In this document: piece by piece, positions 7,814 through 17,819 of the stretch
Numbering within the stretch: position 1 is the first letter of the stretch
Layout of the letters: each line of letters begins with the position of its first letter
Virus record (IMG/VR): IMGVR_UViG_3300030372_001376
Coordinates: 1 to 26,870 of that record
From: a virus
Taxonomy: Duplodnaviria > Caudoviricetes
Reading direction: 5' to 3' (one strand)
Length of the DNA: 26,870 nucleotides
Notes under the pieces: generated by a model
Database searches by the model: none
What the model was told of the DNA's origin: nothing
Seen by the model: only the letters and a program-made list of their open reading frames with translations
Made by a program: the position numbers and the translations under genes

Positions 7814-10800
7814 GTTAAGTATTGATTAGTAGAAAGGTTAAGCGTAATAAGTGGGTCGCTTGTTAAATTCCATATAGCACCATCACTAAAAGTTGTTTCG
7901 TCACTAAACGCTAGTTGCACTATTTCTACGTCTAAAATCCAAGTTATATTTTTATTTGTCTCTCCTGCACACAATAATTGAAATTGAGAGGGACGACCTG
8001 CCGAGTCTTGTTTTTGGTTTATTGTTATAGTCCTAGCTGCCCCTGCGTCAGCTTCAGAGTTAATAAGTGTTTGTCCTACACTACGTGACGCTCCTGCTGT
8101 ATTAGCTATAGTACCCTGATAACGCATAGTCATAACATTACCTATAGTAGCAGCAGAGCCTCCTGTGTCTACGGTAACTACGTCTACATTTACCATATAT
8201 ACTGTGTTCGGCACTAATTCAAAGTCCGTAAGTGCTGACTTAGAAGTAGCTGCTGTATTAGCGTTGTCGGTAGTTTTACACGTCATATAAAATGACTGCT
8301 TACTTGCAAAAATATCTTCTAGCTGCATAGACTTGCCTTCAGCAAAAGGAATACCTGCTATAACTGAAGAGCCTAATTGAGACAGCCCTGAGCTTTTGGT
8401 TTGGGATATAGCAGGGTTGCCTCCTACTCCTTTTCCGTCTGATCCTGTAGTGCCTGACTTCCAAAAGCATACGTTAGCGTCGTCGTCCCACACAAAACCG
8501 TTTTCTGTACAGCACGGCTCGGTAGGACTCACGGCTGCCCCTGTAGCTAGGTCTACAAAATTCACCGTGCCGTCTACATTAAACGTCGCAGGGTACGCTG
8601 CACAATCCTGTGACTTATTCCAGTCACTTGCATTTATTAGTTTTATTAGCTCTAAGTTAGCAGGCTTCTCTTGACCTGTAGAAAAATTAGAAACTTTTAC
8701 TACCCTCCAAAAAGAGTCCTTAATAAAAATTTCGTCGTTCCATCTTAGCGTATTTATGTCGAGGGGCGTAAGGTACGCTCGACAAGTCATAATCCTAGCT
8801 TCAGAGCTATACTCTTCGTGCATACGCCTAGCCCAAAATTTACGATAGGCGTGCATAGCCGTCACTCCTGGTGTATTTCCTGCGTTAATTAAAGGATGGT
8901 CTAGTTCATTACCCCAATTTAACGCCCACGAAAGACCTATAGTTGTCGTTGTAACAGGGCTTGTGCTATACTCCGAAAAGAAAGGGTATTTGATTACCGT
9001 TACATTTCCTGCATATGGGCCTCCTACCCTAAATTCTCTATCATTGCCTATGTCTTTTTTACCGTGATAAAAAGCGAATATAGGCTTGGCTTCTACTAAA
9101 TCTACAGCCGTCTGAGTGTCAAAGCCTACGTCATATAAACGAGGTACTAAAACATTAGGAATTTGCGTTGGATCGTATGACGGGCTGCTAGGAATTTCAC
9201 CTAGGCTAAGAGGTTGAAAAAGACCTCCTATACGTTGGTCGCCTGTTGCAAACTCGTTAGGGTTTTCGTAAATAAATCTACCCTTAACATAGCCAAATTT
9301 CGTTTGCCACCAATCATTCTTCCAGTCCTTACCCTCTCCATCTTCAAATGTAATAGTCTTAGATTGAAACCCTGTTGTCGGAGTAATAGCTATAGTGTTA
9401 GCGTCTATTTTTTCCGTCCAGTCTTTTTTATCTGCTGTAGCTGAGAGTATATCGTTATATGGCTCTACGTTAATAATTGTTGGGGTATCAGGGTAGCTAT
9501 AGAGCATTAGGTTAAACCTATGGAATAGTTCGGTTAAAAACTCTCCTACTTTCATATCGGGAAAGTTTGAAGAAACGTCTACAAAAGTTTCTGACGTATT
9601 GTATTCTAATAGTTGAAAAAACGAATAGTAGTCACCTACGTTGGGTTTAATCGTTACCGTATTTCCTCCTATAGAGTGTTCAACAAACAAAGTAAGGGTG
9701 TCGCCTTGTTCTAAAAAGGCAGTCATTACCTCACAGCCTATAACTTGGGTTTGACCGAAGGTGGCAGTATGATTTTGCTCACCGTTAATAACTGGCATAA
9801 AACCAAACGCTGGTGGCTCTTCGCCAAAGTTTTTCAAAACCCTTACGCCAAAATTAAAGTCTCCAGTTAGAGGTGAAGCGTTAGAGGTAACTACAAATTG
9901 ACATTGGAAAAAGTAAGTACCATCAACAGGAGCTACAAACACACCGCTATTGAATAGTCCGTCTACGTCGTTATAGGGGGCAGGGCTTTCTGCTGTAAAG
10001 GGTATAAATGTAGAAATGGTCGTTGTACTACCTTGAAAAGTAAAGTCGTCTTCTAAACCTACCTTTGAAGCGTAAGCAGGACGACCTATTGTGCGCTCTA
10101 CTTCGGTAGCTAAAAACATATATAGGTTAGATACGTCGTTAGTAAAGAAATCGGAGTTAATAGTAAATCCTGCTTTCTGTGCTATTCTATCAAGCAACCA
10201 ATTAACTCTTATAGCAGGCTTAAAGCAATTAGCCGTTAGGTGTCCTGAAGTAGTGCTACTTCCAAAGCCCATACCGTAATTGATAGTAGCGTTGCCGTAA
10301 TGGTAAAACCCTGTATTTAACTCTTCGTCACTGTCACTAACGAATAACCCCCAATCTGACATAGGATATACTATAACGCCTGCACCTACGTTGCCTGTAG
10401 TAATATCGTTAGAGGTGTCCCAACTATTAGTAATATTAGTTGCCGTTAAAGCGTGATCCAAGTCCGTGTCTAATCCTGCGTCAGTAACAAATATTTCTTC
10501 AAAGGTTAAGTCTTTAACAGCGTCGAAAAACGAAGCTACCTCTGCTAGTATACTCACTTCATACTTACTTAAAAAAGGCGTTACTTTATGTAGCTGAAGG
10601 ACACCTACCATAATAGGCACTCCTGAGTCAAAGACTTGCACGTTAGTCTTTACGCCTGAGTCGAAAGTGTCGCTCTCAAAATTTACATTATAATACTCCC
10701 CGAAAAACTGATTATTGTTATCGGTCATAGGCATACTAAACCTAAGCGAGTGAGGCGAGCGTGAATTAGATATATCACGCATTTCCTGTATAGAGTATTC

Positions 10801-10878
10801 AAACTCTACAGGTGTATGCTGTACGTCTAAATTCCAAATTTTCGTACCTGCCTGATTTGACGCTTCTATTCTTATCAT
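7801..10878 (-). CDS. Large tail tip/hub-type protein
   Basis: 1025 aa beta-rich; SIQEMRDISNSRSPHSLRFSMP N-terminus, C1q/TNF-like GVFVAPVDGTYFF segment, YLTPLDINTLRWNDEIFIK motif, Cys-rich linker. Confidence 0.7.
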   Translation of the reverse strand: MIRIEASNQAGTKIWNLDVQHTPVEFEYSIQEMRDISNSRSPHSLRFSMPMTDNNNQFFGEYYNVNFESDTFDSGVKTNVQVFDSGVPIMVGVLQLHKVTPFLSKYEVSILAEVASFFDAVKDLTFEEIFVTDAGLDTDLDHALTATNITNSWDTSNDITTGNVGAGVIVYPMSDWGLFVSDSDEELNTGFYHYGNATINYGMGFGSSTTSGHLTANCFKPAIRVNWLLDRIAQKAGFTINSDFFTNDVSNLYMFLATEVERTIGRPAYASKVGLEDDFTFQGSTTTISTFIPFTAESPAPYNDVDGLFNSGVFVAPVDGTYFFQCQFVVTSNASPLTGDFNFGVRVLKNFGEEPPAFGFMPVINGEQNHTATFGQTQVIGCEVMTAFLEQGDTLTLFVEHSIGGNTVTIKPNVGDYYSFFQLLEYNTSETFVDVSSNFPDMKVGEFLTELFHRFNLMLYSYPDTPTIINVEPYNDILSATADKKDWTEKIDANTIAITPTTGFQSKTITFEDGEGKDWKNDWWQTKFGYVKGRFIYENPNEFATGDQRIGGLFQPLSLGEIPSSPSYDPTQIPNVLVPRLYDVGFDTQTAVDLVEAKPIFAFYHGKKDIGNDREFRVGGPYAGNVTVIKYPFFSEYSTSPVTTTTIGLSWALNWGNELDHPLINAGNTPGVTAMHAYRKFWARRMHEEYSSEARIMTCRAYLTPLDINTLRWNDEIFIKDSFWRVVKVSNFSTGQEKPANLELIKLINASDWNKSQDCAAYPATFNVDGTVNFVDLATGAAVSPTEPCCTENGFVWDDDANVCFWKSGTTGSDGKGVGGNPAISQTKSSGLSQLGSSVIAGIPFAEGKSMQLEDIFASKQSFYMTCKTTDNANTAATSKSALTDFELVPNTVYMVNVDVVTVDTGGSAATIGNVMTMRYQGTIANTAGASRSVGQTLINSEADAGAARTITINQKQDSAGRPSQFQLLCAGETNKNITWILDVEIVQLAFSDETTFSDGAIWNLTSDPLITLNLSTNQYLTWNL

Positions 10879-12275
10879 AGGTTGTTTGGTCTTCTACGTG
10901 AAAGCTGTACTGTAATTGTGTAGTTAGCTACCTTGTCGTTTATTGCTGTATTATAGCTTACAGACATATCTGTTACTACACACCTTAAAAAAGCCTTTCC
11001 TTTCCCTAGTACAAAAGGCTGCTGTATGTCTGCATTATATATATAAACTCTAGGGCTGCTCGCTAAAGATTGTATAAGGTCGTTAAGGTCTTCAGGGTTT
11101 TGCTCTCTTGTGTTGAGGGTTATACTAGTGGTCGTTTGGTTTCCTGAGCTTGTAGTACCCCCTTCCGTTGAGCGTCTATTATAGTCTGTAGTATTGCCTG
11201 CATTAAAAGCGTTGCCTCCTATACTATAGTACGTTTCCCTTTTTACTTGCTGCATTACTTTTGACGCACCATCAAAAACTAAATTATCCACCCCCCCTAA
11301 GCTGTTCCACCAACACAAGTAGTATTCTCCAGGAAATTTGTTATAAGAAAGAGAAACGTCGTTATACCTAGTGTTACACATTTTATGAAACCTATATACT
11401 GCGCTTGCTTCATTCCCTGAAAGCGTGGTGCTTGAGGCTGCCTGTACGTCGTAGTAAGCCCACGCTGAAGAGACGTTACTAGGCTTTAAGGGTGTGCTTA
11501 TAGCTTGATTTTCTAAGTTGGCAGGAAAGCACCCAAAGTATAGAAGAGAAGATTTAATAGGTAAACTAGCAGCAGGGGCTTTACCCCCTTGCGCTGTGTC
11601 ATTAGTAAAGTACCCTGTGGTTAGTGTTGCTCCTGCTGCGTTCTTATACGTAACGTGAAAATAGTTACAGTCGTCACTACCTACGTCGTCACCATTTAAG
11701 AAAGCCAAAGCACCAAATTGACCTTCTACTACATACTGGTTGTAAACTGTATCTCTAGGAGGAATACAGCTTAAAAATTGACCTCCATTATCAGTAAGAG
11801 CAAAATTATCGGAAGAGTTAGACGCAGTTGTACTAAAGGTTTGCGCTCTTAAACTTCCGTTTACTACAATAAAGGTAGCTTGAGTAGCAGCCCCCCAAGT
11901 TTCAGTAGGTGCTGAGTCTGCGTCAGCAGCTTTTTCGTAGCCAAAGTCTACGGCTACCTCTTTAATAGCCTCTGTGTTTGATCCAAAGATTGTACTAGTG
12001 CTTGAAGCCCCTGATGAATTTAGCAAGCCTAATTGCCAAATGTTTTCGTCTTGGCGTACATACGACGCTACTATCTGCTCTATTAAAAATACAGCACTAT
12101 CATTGTTGTTAGGTAGTTGCTTAAACGTGCCTACTACAGTACCCCCAATAGTAACTTTTAAGAGGTATCTAAACTTTGGAGCGTTGTAGTTTACGGTGTC
12201 ACGCACTACGTAAAATATCTCGTCGTATGCCCCTTGAAGTCCTGTCCCTGAGCTTTGGTCTACTGTATATGCCAT
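10875..12275 (-). CDS. Tail structural protein (possible distal tail)
   Basis: 466 aa Ser/Thr/Gly-rich; WWNSLGGVDNLVF and LASSPRVY motifs; position in the tail module. Confidence 0.6.
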   Translation of the reverse strand: MAYTVDQSSGTGLQGAYDEIFYVVRDTVNYNAPKFRYLLKVTIGGTVVGTFKQLPNNNDSAVFLIEQIVASYVRQDENIWQLGLLNSSGASSTSTIFGSNTEAIKEVAVDFGYEKAADADSAPTETWGAATQATFIVVNGSLRAQTFSTTASNSSDNFALTDNGGQFLSCIPPRDTVYNQYVVEGQFGALAFLNGDDVGSDDCNYFHVTYKNAAGATLTTGYFTNDTAQGGKAPAASLPIKSSLLYFGCFPANLENQAISTPLKPSNVSSAWAYYDVQAASSTTLSGNEASAVYRFHKMCNTRYNDVSLSYNKFPGEYYLCWWNSLGGVDNLVFDGASKVMQQVKRETYYSIGGNAFNAGNTTDYNRRSTEGGTTSSGNQTTTSITLNTREQNPEDLNDLIQSLASSPRVYIYNADIQQPFVLGKGKAFLRCVVTDMSVSYNTAINDKVANYTITVQLSRRRPNNL

Positions 12276-12890
12276 TTATATAGTTATTTCTATTGTGTAA
12301 TTTTTGGTAAAGTTGTTCTTGAAGAACACCTGGTAATCTTCGATAATTGCGTCTTCTAATGCTCCTTTGTATTTATTGAACGTGCGCTCTAGTGAGCCTG
12401 AGTAAAAGTAAGTTGGTGCTATGCCATACAAAAAAACAGACCTGCTAATTAAATGCGTCATTTGGTCGTAAGACATAAACCTTCCCGACTTTGTGCTTTT
12501 CCATTGCTTAATGGGTTTGTTGGCTATCCACTCTCTTATACCATTACGTAACCCTCCTTTCTGTCCTGTACCCGAACCAAACTGAAACGGAGAGTCAGGA
12601 GCTTTTAGTTTACTAAAACTACCTTGTACTCCTTGATCCACAAATTCCCAATATGGTGCTTCAGGAGCGTTGAAGTCTAGTGAAATTTGACTAGTCCTCT
12701 TGTCTACGTACAAAGCACTAGCTAGACTATCTGATAAATTGCCTGTTGAGTTTTTACCACTTTTAGCTAAAGAAATTCTAGCACGACGCATTACCTCCTT
12801 AGCGAATTTACCAAACGCTTTTGTAAGAGCAGGCATATCTACCTTAACCGTTTCCTCTAATAGTGTTATGTCAAGACTAATAAGGCGCAA
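12276..12890 (-). CDS. Putative tail completion/neck protein (HK97 gp10-like)
   Basis: Basic; TGNLSDSL, YWEFVDQGVQG, ISRSVFLYGIAPTYF motifs. Confidence 0.6.
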   Translation of the reverse strand: MRLISLDITLLEETVKVDMPALTKAFGKFAKEVMRRARISLAKSGKNSTGNLSDSLASALYVDKRTSQISLDFNAPEAPYWEFVDQGVQGSFSKLKAPDSPFQFGSGTGQKGGLRNGIREWIANKPIKQWKSTKSGRFMSYDQMTHLISRSVFLYGIAPTYFYSGSLERTFNKYKGALEDAIIEDYQVFFKNNFTKNYTIEITI

Positions 12891-13344
12891 TACAAAGGTC
12901 TATTGCGTTAGGTACTCTTATTTCAAAAGACGTACTCCAACCTGTTAGCATATTATCAAACCTTGCTGTAAACGGATCACAAGCCAAAGGAGTTTCAAAG
13001 CCCCAATGGTGTGTTACGTTATCTAGCACAGACTGACTATTCATACTCAAAACAAACTGAGCTATAACGTCCTGCATTATAAGTAGCGTTTCAGCGTACA
13101 CTTGCGTTAGTAGGTCGCTTTGTTTCTCTATAACCAAGTCAGCTATTATCACCTCATACGTAAATGCCGTCACGCCTCCGTCAATAGACGCTCCAGTACA
13201 TTGAGCGTAAAGCAAAGGAAAGAGGTTTACATCAATTTTGTCTATATCTAGTTCGTCTAAACTAAACGTATAAAACTGCCTGAGCTGCTTATGATTGGTA
13301 ACTATAGTTTGGAATACCTCGTTAATGTCTACTACCGTTTGCAT
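12877..13344 (-). CDS. Putative tail terminator-like protein
   Basis: 155 aa acidic; FPLLY and PFTARFDNMLTGW motifs; synteny. Confidence 0.55.
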   Translation of the reverse strand: MQTVVDINEVFQTIVTNHKQLRQFYTFSLDELDIDKIDVNLFPLLYAQCTGASIDGGVTAFTYEVIIADLVIEKQSDLLTQVYAETLLIMQDVIAQFVLSMNSQSVLDNVTHHWGFETPLACDPFTARFDNMLTGWSTSFEIRVPNAIDLCIAPY

Positions 13345-13576
13345 TTAGCTTTATTTTATTTTGTATATTCAAGTCTTTTTCGTAGCACAAAAAAGTAAGT
13401 GCCTCTTCTATATATATAAGAGTTACGCTATTCATTTTAGTTATGTCCCCATCTGCTAAAGCATACATTACTCCGTACCAACCCCATTTGTTGTGGACTT
13501 TGTTTTCAGAGTCTTCCTCGCTTGTTGTATTGAAGAGAGGCGAGAATCTATCGCTAATCTCCTTTCTATACGATAA
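13322..13576 (-). CDS. -1 frameshift extension of the chaperone (84 aa: LSYRKEISDRFSPLF...KWGWYGVMYALADGDITKM...LTFLCYEKDL...)
   Basis: Open -1 frame beginning at the T9 run (13575-13583), ending TAA 13324-13322; fills an otherwise empty gap. Confidence 0.75.
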   Translation of the reverse strand, partial: LSYRKEISDRFSPLFNTTSEEDSENKVHNKWGWYGVMYALADGDITKMNSVTLIYIEEALTFLCYEKDLNIQNKIKLNANGSRH

Positions 13577-14094
13577 AAAAAAACCATAGCCCCTACTACA
13601 ACGTCCATAGTCATATCGAGCATTTCCTCTTGTTTAGTAACGTGAGGCTCGTAAGGCTCTATGGAGTAGCTGTCGTCAGCTTTGCGTTTTGTTATTGGTC
13701 TATACCAAACGGCTAATGCTTTTTCTAGGTTGTCAAATAGGTTATTAGTAGAATAGGACTCCAGGTCAGCGAACTCTCCTACAGTTAGTTTAGTCCAGTT
13801 AGGTATAAAGCCATACTCTACTCCATTGAGTTTTACCTTGCGCTGTAGAGGAAGAGTCATAGCTAAGGGGTTAGGCTCTTTAACAAGCCACATTAAATCT
13901 TCTATTACTTTGCTTACGTCACCATAGTCTGCGTAATCTAAAACCTCACGCTCTAAATCACAAAGGGCAGCCACAGCTTTAAGGGCTGCTTCTTTTGCGT
14001 CGTCGGTGTCATTCCACATTTCTATCATACGTTTGTACTGGCGTACAGTTACGTCTGCATAGCTTTCGGGTATTGTTATTTTTGCTTGTGGCAT
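13468..14094 (-). CDS. Putative tail assembly chaperone (short, zero-frame product)
   Basis: YGFIPNWTKLTVGEFADLE, LAVWYRPI; T9 slippery run at the V-F-F codons. Confidence 0.7.
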   Translation of the reverse strand: MPQAKITIPESYADVTVRQYKRMIEMWNDTDDAKEAALKAVAALCDLEREVLDYADYGDVSKVIEDLMWLVKEPNPLAMTLPLQRKVKLNGVEYGFIPNWTKLTVGEFADLESYSTNNLFDNLEKALAVWYRPITKRKADDSYSIEPYEPHVTKQEEMLDMTMDVVVGAMVFFYRIERRLAIDSRLSSIQQARKTLKTKSTTNGVGTE

Positions 14095-14115
14095 ATTATG
14101 TATATGGTGTATATA

Positions 14116-15267
14116 TTATTGTATATAGTATTTTCCTGTTCGTCTAAGTATCTTATTGAGACATACGTATCTAACTGCGTCTATAAGGTGGTTGTATGCG
14201 TCTACTGGTGTACTAAGCATTTTACCGTTTTTATCGGTCTTCCACTTGTAATTCCTAAATTCCTTTTGTGCGTTTAGGCTATCGTGTTTTATATGTAGCT
14301 TGTGTCTACGCATCGTGTCAATTCCGACTCTTATACTATCTGCGCCCTTTTTTGACGGTTTGACATTAAATCCTAATCTATGTATAGTCTCTATACTTTT
14401 AGGCTCTGCGCTGTCTGCTATTATTTCGTCGTGCCTACCTACTCCGTACTCAGTTAGCTTTTCTGCTATGTCGCTATTTGTTAAACCTCCTTGATATATC
14501 ACCTCTTCAATGTAGAGTCCGTTGTCACAAAGGTACACCTTAGCTAGTGCGCTAGGATCATTCGAAAAACCAAAATCCAAACCAAATGCTACGAGCTTTG
14601 CCTTCTCAGGTAGCTCGGTGTATATGCTAGTCTCAAATATGGTTTCTCTGCTTTTACCTCTTAGTCCTAGTCCATATACACGCCAATAGTTTTCGTCCGT
14701 GTCCTTTAAGCGTTCAATCTCGTCTATAGTGTCTTGCCCTATAAATGGATTGTCTAGGTACGTACTCCTGTAAAAGTTAGCGTCGTCTCTAGGTATAACC
14801 TCATCGTATATCCAATGGTATTCGTCTGAAGGGTTATAGTCTAAAATCATTCTATGGGTTGTACGTAGTATTAGTTGCCTAAAGTCTTCGAGGTGTAATT
14901 CGTTAGCCTCATTAATAAAGCATATATTTCTCTTAGCACCTCTTATCTTTTGTGGTTGGTCGATTGAAATGAACTCCCACTTAGTACCCCATAGGTCGTA
15001 GGTGCTTTCAGTCTTATTGTGATACCTCTCGTCATACCAGTTATTTTCTTTTAGGATATGTATAAAATCCCGTAGCACACTCGCTCTTAGACTTGGGTAG
15101 GATTTGCGTACTACGGTAATAAGCCAACCTGAGTTTCTATTGTAAAAGCAAAACTCTATGAGGCATACCAGGATTGATACTGTCTTGCCTGAGCGAGTAC
15201 CCCCTTGAAAAACAGCTACCCTTTTCTTACACGCTTTAAGGTCATAGTATGTTTTGGGCTGTTGCAT
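14116..15267 (-). CDS. terL: Terminase large subunit (PBSX-type)
   Basis: Walker A GGTRSGKT, Walker B CFINEANE, DYNP, nuclease motifs GLDFGFSNDP, ADSAEPKSI, NHLIDAVRY. Confidence 0.95.
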   Translation of the reverse strand: MQQPKTYYDLKACKKRVAVFQGGTRSGKTVSILVCLIEFCFYNRNSGWLITVVRKSYPSLRASVLRDFIHILKENNWYDERYHNKTESTYDLWGTKWEFISIDQPQKIRGAKRNICFINEANELHLEDFRQLILRTTHRMILDYNPSDEYHWIYDEVIPRDDANFYRSTYLDNPFIGQDTIDEIERLKDTDENYWRVYGLGLRGKSRETIFETSIYTELPEKAKLVAFGLDFGFSNDPSALAKVYLCDNGLYIEEVIYQGGLTNSDIAEKLTEYGVGRHDEIIADSAEPKSIETIHRLGFNVKPSKKGADSIRVGIDTMRRHKLHIKHDSLNAQKEFRNYKWKTDKNGKMLSTPVDAYNHLIDAVRYVCLNKILRRTGKYYIQ

Positions 15268-15417
15268 TTACCATAGTGAAGCTATAACACCTGCCAAAGA
15301 AAACAATACGCACACAGCGTTATTGGTGTCTATTTGGTCGTAGTGGTTTATCTTATAAATAAGGTCGGCTAACGTAAGCACGAAAATAACCCCAAAGCAA
15401 AAACCCTGCACTATCAT
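15268..15417 (-). CDS. Small membrane protein (49 aa, two hydrophobic segments), not in the ORF track
   Basis: MIVQGFCFGVIFVLTLADLIYKINHYDQIDTNNAVCVLFSLAGVIASLW; ATGA overlap upstream, stop abuts the terL ATG. Confidence 0.6.
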   Translation of the reverse strand: MIVQGFCFGVIFVLTLADLIYKINHYDQIDTNNAVCVLFSLAGVIASLW

Positions 15418-15677
15418 ACTTCTATATCATTAAGATATACTGGTGCGTTGCGTTGCTCGAATAGAGGCATACGTATCTCTAATTCAAACTCCTTAAAAGC
15501 TGCGTCCCTTTCACACTTTTTACTCTTCTTAATTTTGTCAAGTATCTTACTCAGGCTATAAATTGCTCTTGGGCGTGATTCGTGTGTTATGCCTACTAAG
15601 CAGTCTGCATAGTCATTTAATTGTAGTACGTTGTACTCTTGCTGCTCTACAAATTCTACTTCTTTTATATCAGTCAT
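15414..15677 (-). CDS. Hypothetical protein
   Basis: 87 aa ORF coupled to neighbours. Confidence 0.6.
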   Translation of the reverse strand: MTDIKEVEFVEQQEYNVLQLNDYADCLVGITHESRPRAIYSLSKILDKIKKSKKCERDAAFKEFELEIRMPLFEQRNAPVYLNDIEV

Positions 15678-15981
15678 TTATATCGTCTTTTTGATCCTCA
15701 CGTTCAAGTACGTCAGCGAACCAACTCGGTTCATTTAGAGGCTCGTTAATATGTATCTGCGTTTCTACCATCTTAGGCAGGAAGTAAGGGAATAGTGAAG
15801 CTAAAGCCTTGAGGTACTTCTCACCACTTTGCTCTCTTAGTAGTGCAAGTTCCTCTTCTATATGTTCTACCTGTCCGTCCATTATCTTAATGAATAGCTC
15901 TCTACCTTCCTTTGTTATTTTGTTGGCTACTCCCTTTGGTCTTCCTTTAAGGTTGCCTGACTCTCCTTTTTTATATGCCAT
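15670..15981 (-). CDS. Putative terminase small subunit
   Basis: N-terminal KKGESGNLKGRPKG motif; upstream of terL. Confidence 0.65.
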   Translation of the reverse strand: MAYKKGESGNLKGRPKGVANKITKEGRELFIKIMDGQVEHIEEELALLREQSGEKYLKALASLFPYFLPKMVETQIHINEPLNEPSWFADVLEREDQKDDIND

Positions 15982-16141
15982 TTGACTGTTTTTGACTGTT
16001 CTTTTCAGTTAATGCTTTTATTCTACCCTCTAGTATCTTCATTTTTTCATCACAGGGTAAAGGCTTAATTATCCAATGTAGCATCTCTAACTCTAAAATT
16101 ATCAACTCGTCGGTTGTGGGGGCTTTTGGTTCGTCACTCAT
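15971..16141 (-). CDS. Hypothetical protein (56 aa), not in the ORF track
   Basis: MSDEPKAPTTDELIILELEMLHWIIKPLPCDEKMKILEGRIKALTEKNSQKQSNGI; fills the gap with short overlaps. Confidence 0.5.
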   Translation of the reverse strand: MSDEPKAPTTDELIILELEMLHWIIKPLPCDEKMKILEGRIKALTEKNSQKQSNGI

Positions 16142-16499
16142 CTAGTTTATTTTTGAAGTGTTGTATTATCTCTTCTGTCTTTTGCTTATAGAATTTCTTA
16201 AAGTCGCCTCTTTCACCTTCCTGCTTCCATAGTATATATAAAACATTCCTTAATCGTTGTGATTGTGACTTGGGTTCGTCATATACATCGAGGTCAATAT
16301 TGTCGAGTTCCTCAATCTCGTCGGGATTCATTTTCTCCTCACCTCTAAAATAGAGTATGCCAAACTGGTCTAGCGTAGCGTCTATATCCATTATCTCAGC
16401 AGAGGTCTTTTCCTGTGTGATAAATCGTAGGCTTACGCTCCTATCTTTTCTACGAGTATATCCGTCGAATATAGCAGGGCATAAAATCTTACTCATCAC
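16134..16499 (-). CDS. Hypothetical protein
   Basis: 121 aa; TRRKDRSVSLRFITQE and KSQSQRLRNVLY motifs familiar from phage proteins, function unknown. Confidence 0.65.
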   Translation of the reverse strand: MMSKILCPAIFDGYTRRKDRSVSLRFITQEKTSAEIMDIDATLDQFGILYFRGEEKMNPDEIEELDNIDLDVYDEPKSQSQRLRNVLYILWKQEGERGDFKKFYKQKTEEIIQHFKNKLDE

Positions 16500-16908
16500 A
16501 CGCAGCCTCGTATGCCTTTTCTAATTCGTTTAGGTAGCCTAACATACACGAACCACATCTGCTTTTCTTTTTACGCATCTTAAATACACGCTCGTACATA
16601 TCTACTACGAGTTGCATTTCACCCCCGTATAGCTTATTGCGTGCCTTAGCAGGTTTAAGTATAGTTTCAAATAATTCTTTGTCTTTGTCCGACATAGTTT
16701 CTGCATAGGGAAAGCGTTTATTTAGCCACGCCTTACGCTCACTACAGCCACAGTCGTCTCCTACTACGGCTTCAACTACGGCTTTGATCCCTGTAGCTTC
16801 AGTTATTTTTTCTATGGTGTCCCCTAAACCCTTTGACTTTTTCTTTGACTTCCTCTTGGGCTTTTCTGAGGGCGTTGTAGAGGGTGCTTTTTGAGATTCC
16901 TGTTGCAT
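16489..16908 (-). CDS. Hypothetical Cys-containing protein (GLGDT...CGC...CxxC)
   Basis: SKGLGDTIEKITEATGIK, DDCGCSERK, RCGSC; possible Zn binding; start uncertain. Confidence 0.65.
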   Translation of the reverse strand: MQQESQKAPSTTPSEKPKRKSKKKSKGLGDTIEKITEATGIKAVVEAVVGDDCGCSERKAWLNKRFPYAETMSDKDKELFETILKPAKARNKLYGGEMQLVVDMYERVFKMRKKKSRCGSCMLGYLNELEKAYEAACDE

Positions 16909-17335
16909 TAGATAATGTTTTTAATGAGTGGTTATGTAGGTAATATATCCTAAATACTTCAGAACTAAACCAATCCATCTCTTGTAAGATACTATTGATA
17001 TAGTCTAAAGTTTCTTTTTTTTCGTTTTCGTTTTCCACAACCTCTTCCTTAGTTTGAAGTAGTGCCAGTGGGTAGTTTACTAATTTTTCTTTGTGCTTGA
17101 GGTATTTATAGTAGAACCTAGTTGTTTTGCTAAATCCACAAATAGCCATAGTCCTGCATATATAACTCATTAGCTCTCCGTCCTTGCACATTTCTTCGAG
17201 CTTTGGTTTTGGTTCTTCTAAATAAAATAAAGCAAGGTCGTTAAGCAGGTCACCTCCGTAGCCTTTGACATACCGAGTAGCAACCACCAGGAGTTCGTCG
17301 TAATTATCTTCAAAGAACTTTCTTACACAGCTCAT
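16799..17335 (-). CDS. Phage sigma-70/ECF-like sigma factor
   Basis: Region-2-like DLLNDLALFYL and region-4 HTH SLKTLSNATGISKSTLYNALRKA; likely start ATG at 17335. Confidence 0.75.
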   Translation of the reverse strand: MSCVRKFFEDNYDELLVVATRYVKGYGGDLLNDLALFYLEEPKPKLEEMCKDGELMSYICRTMAICGFSKTTRFYYKYLKHKEKLVNYPLALLQTKEEVVENENEKKETLDYINSILQEMDWFSSEVFRIYYLHNHSLKTLSNATGISKSTLYNALRKAQEEVKEKVKGFRGHHRKNN

Positions 17336-17729
17336 TGTATTTATCGGTAAACCCCTTCCGTATTTCAATAATTTCTTGTGTCGAGAATTTGCGTGTCTCG
17401 TTGCTCATTCTCACAATTTTCATAGCCGTACCTTCTCCGTAAACTGAGTCTAACCTAGCACCGAACAAAAACTGTTGCCCTCCGTTTGTCAAATTACAAT
17501 GCTTGCATTGGGGCATACAGTTATACAAGTTATTCTCTTCGTCGTATAACCATCTAGTGCTGTACTTAGACCTGCTTTGAAAGTGTCCACAATCGCACTC
17601 GTATTTCCAGTCTACTAATTTCTGACAAGTAAAACAAGATACGTTGCCGTGCCTATCTGCGTGTCTAAATCTAACGTACTTGCTCAAGGCTTGGTCGAGC
17701 TTTTTTACTTCAGTAGAACGCTTAGGCAT
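17310..17729 (-). CDS. ninG: NinG/Rap-like recombination endonuclease
   Basis: LDQALSKYVRFR, CFTC, DCGHFQSR, QCKHCN motifs. Confidence 0.85.
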   Translation of the reverse strand: MPKRSTEVKKLDQALSKYVRFRHADRHGNVSCFTCQKLVDWKYECDCGHFQSRSKYSTRWLYDEENNLYNCMPQCKHCNLTNGGQQFLFGARLDSVYGEGTAMKIVRMSNETRKFSTQEIIEIRKGFTDKYNELCKKVL

Positions 17730-17741
17730 ACGTTAAAGTAC

Positions 17742-17772
17742 AAAAAAAAAGAGGGGCTAAATGCCCCCCTTC
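17742..17772 (-). terminator. Intrinsic terminator after the methyltransferase
   Basis: Minus strand GGGGGGC-ATTTA-GCCCCTC followed by T9. Confidence 0.75.
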
Positions 17773-17819
17773 TAAAATAAACAAACACAGTTATACACAT
17801 CAAATGTTTAACCAATATG

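Noticed and set aside
15981-16000. Tandem TTTGACTGTT x2 just upstream of the terS start
   Set aside because: Only two 10-bp copies inside a small ORF; could relate to a pac site but is unsupported
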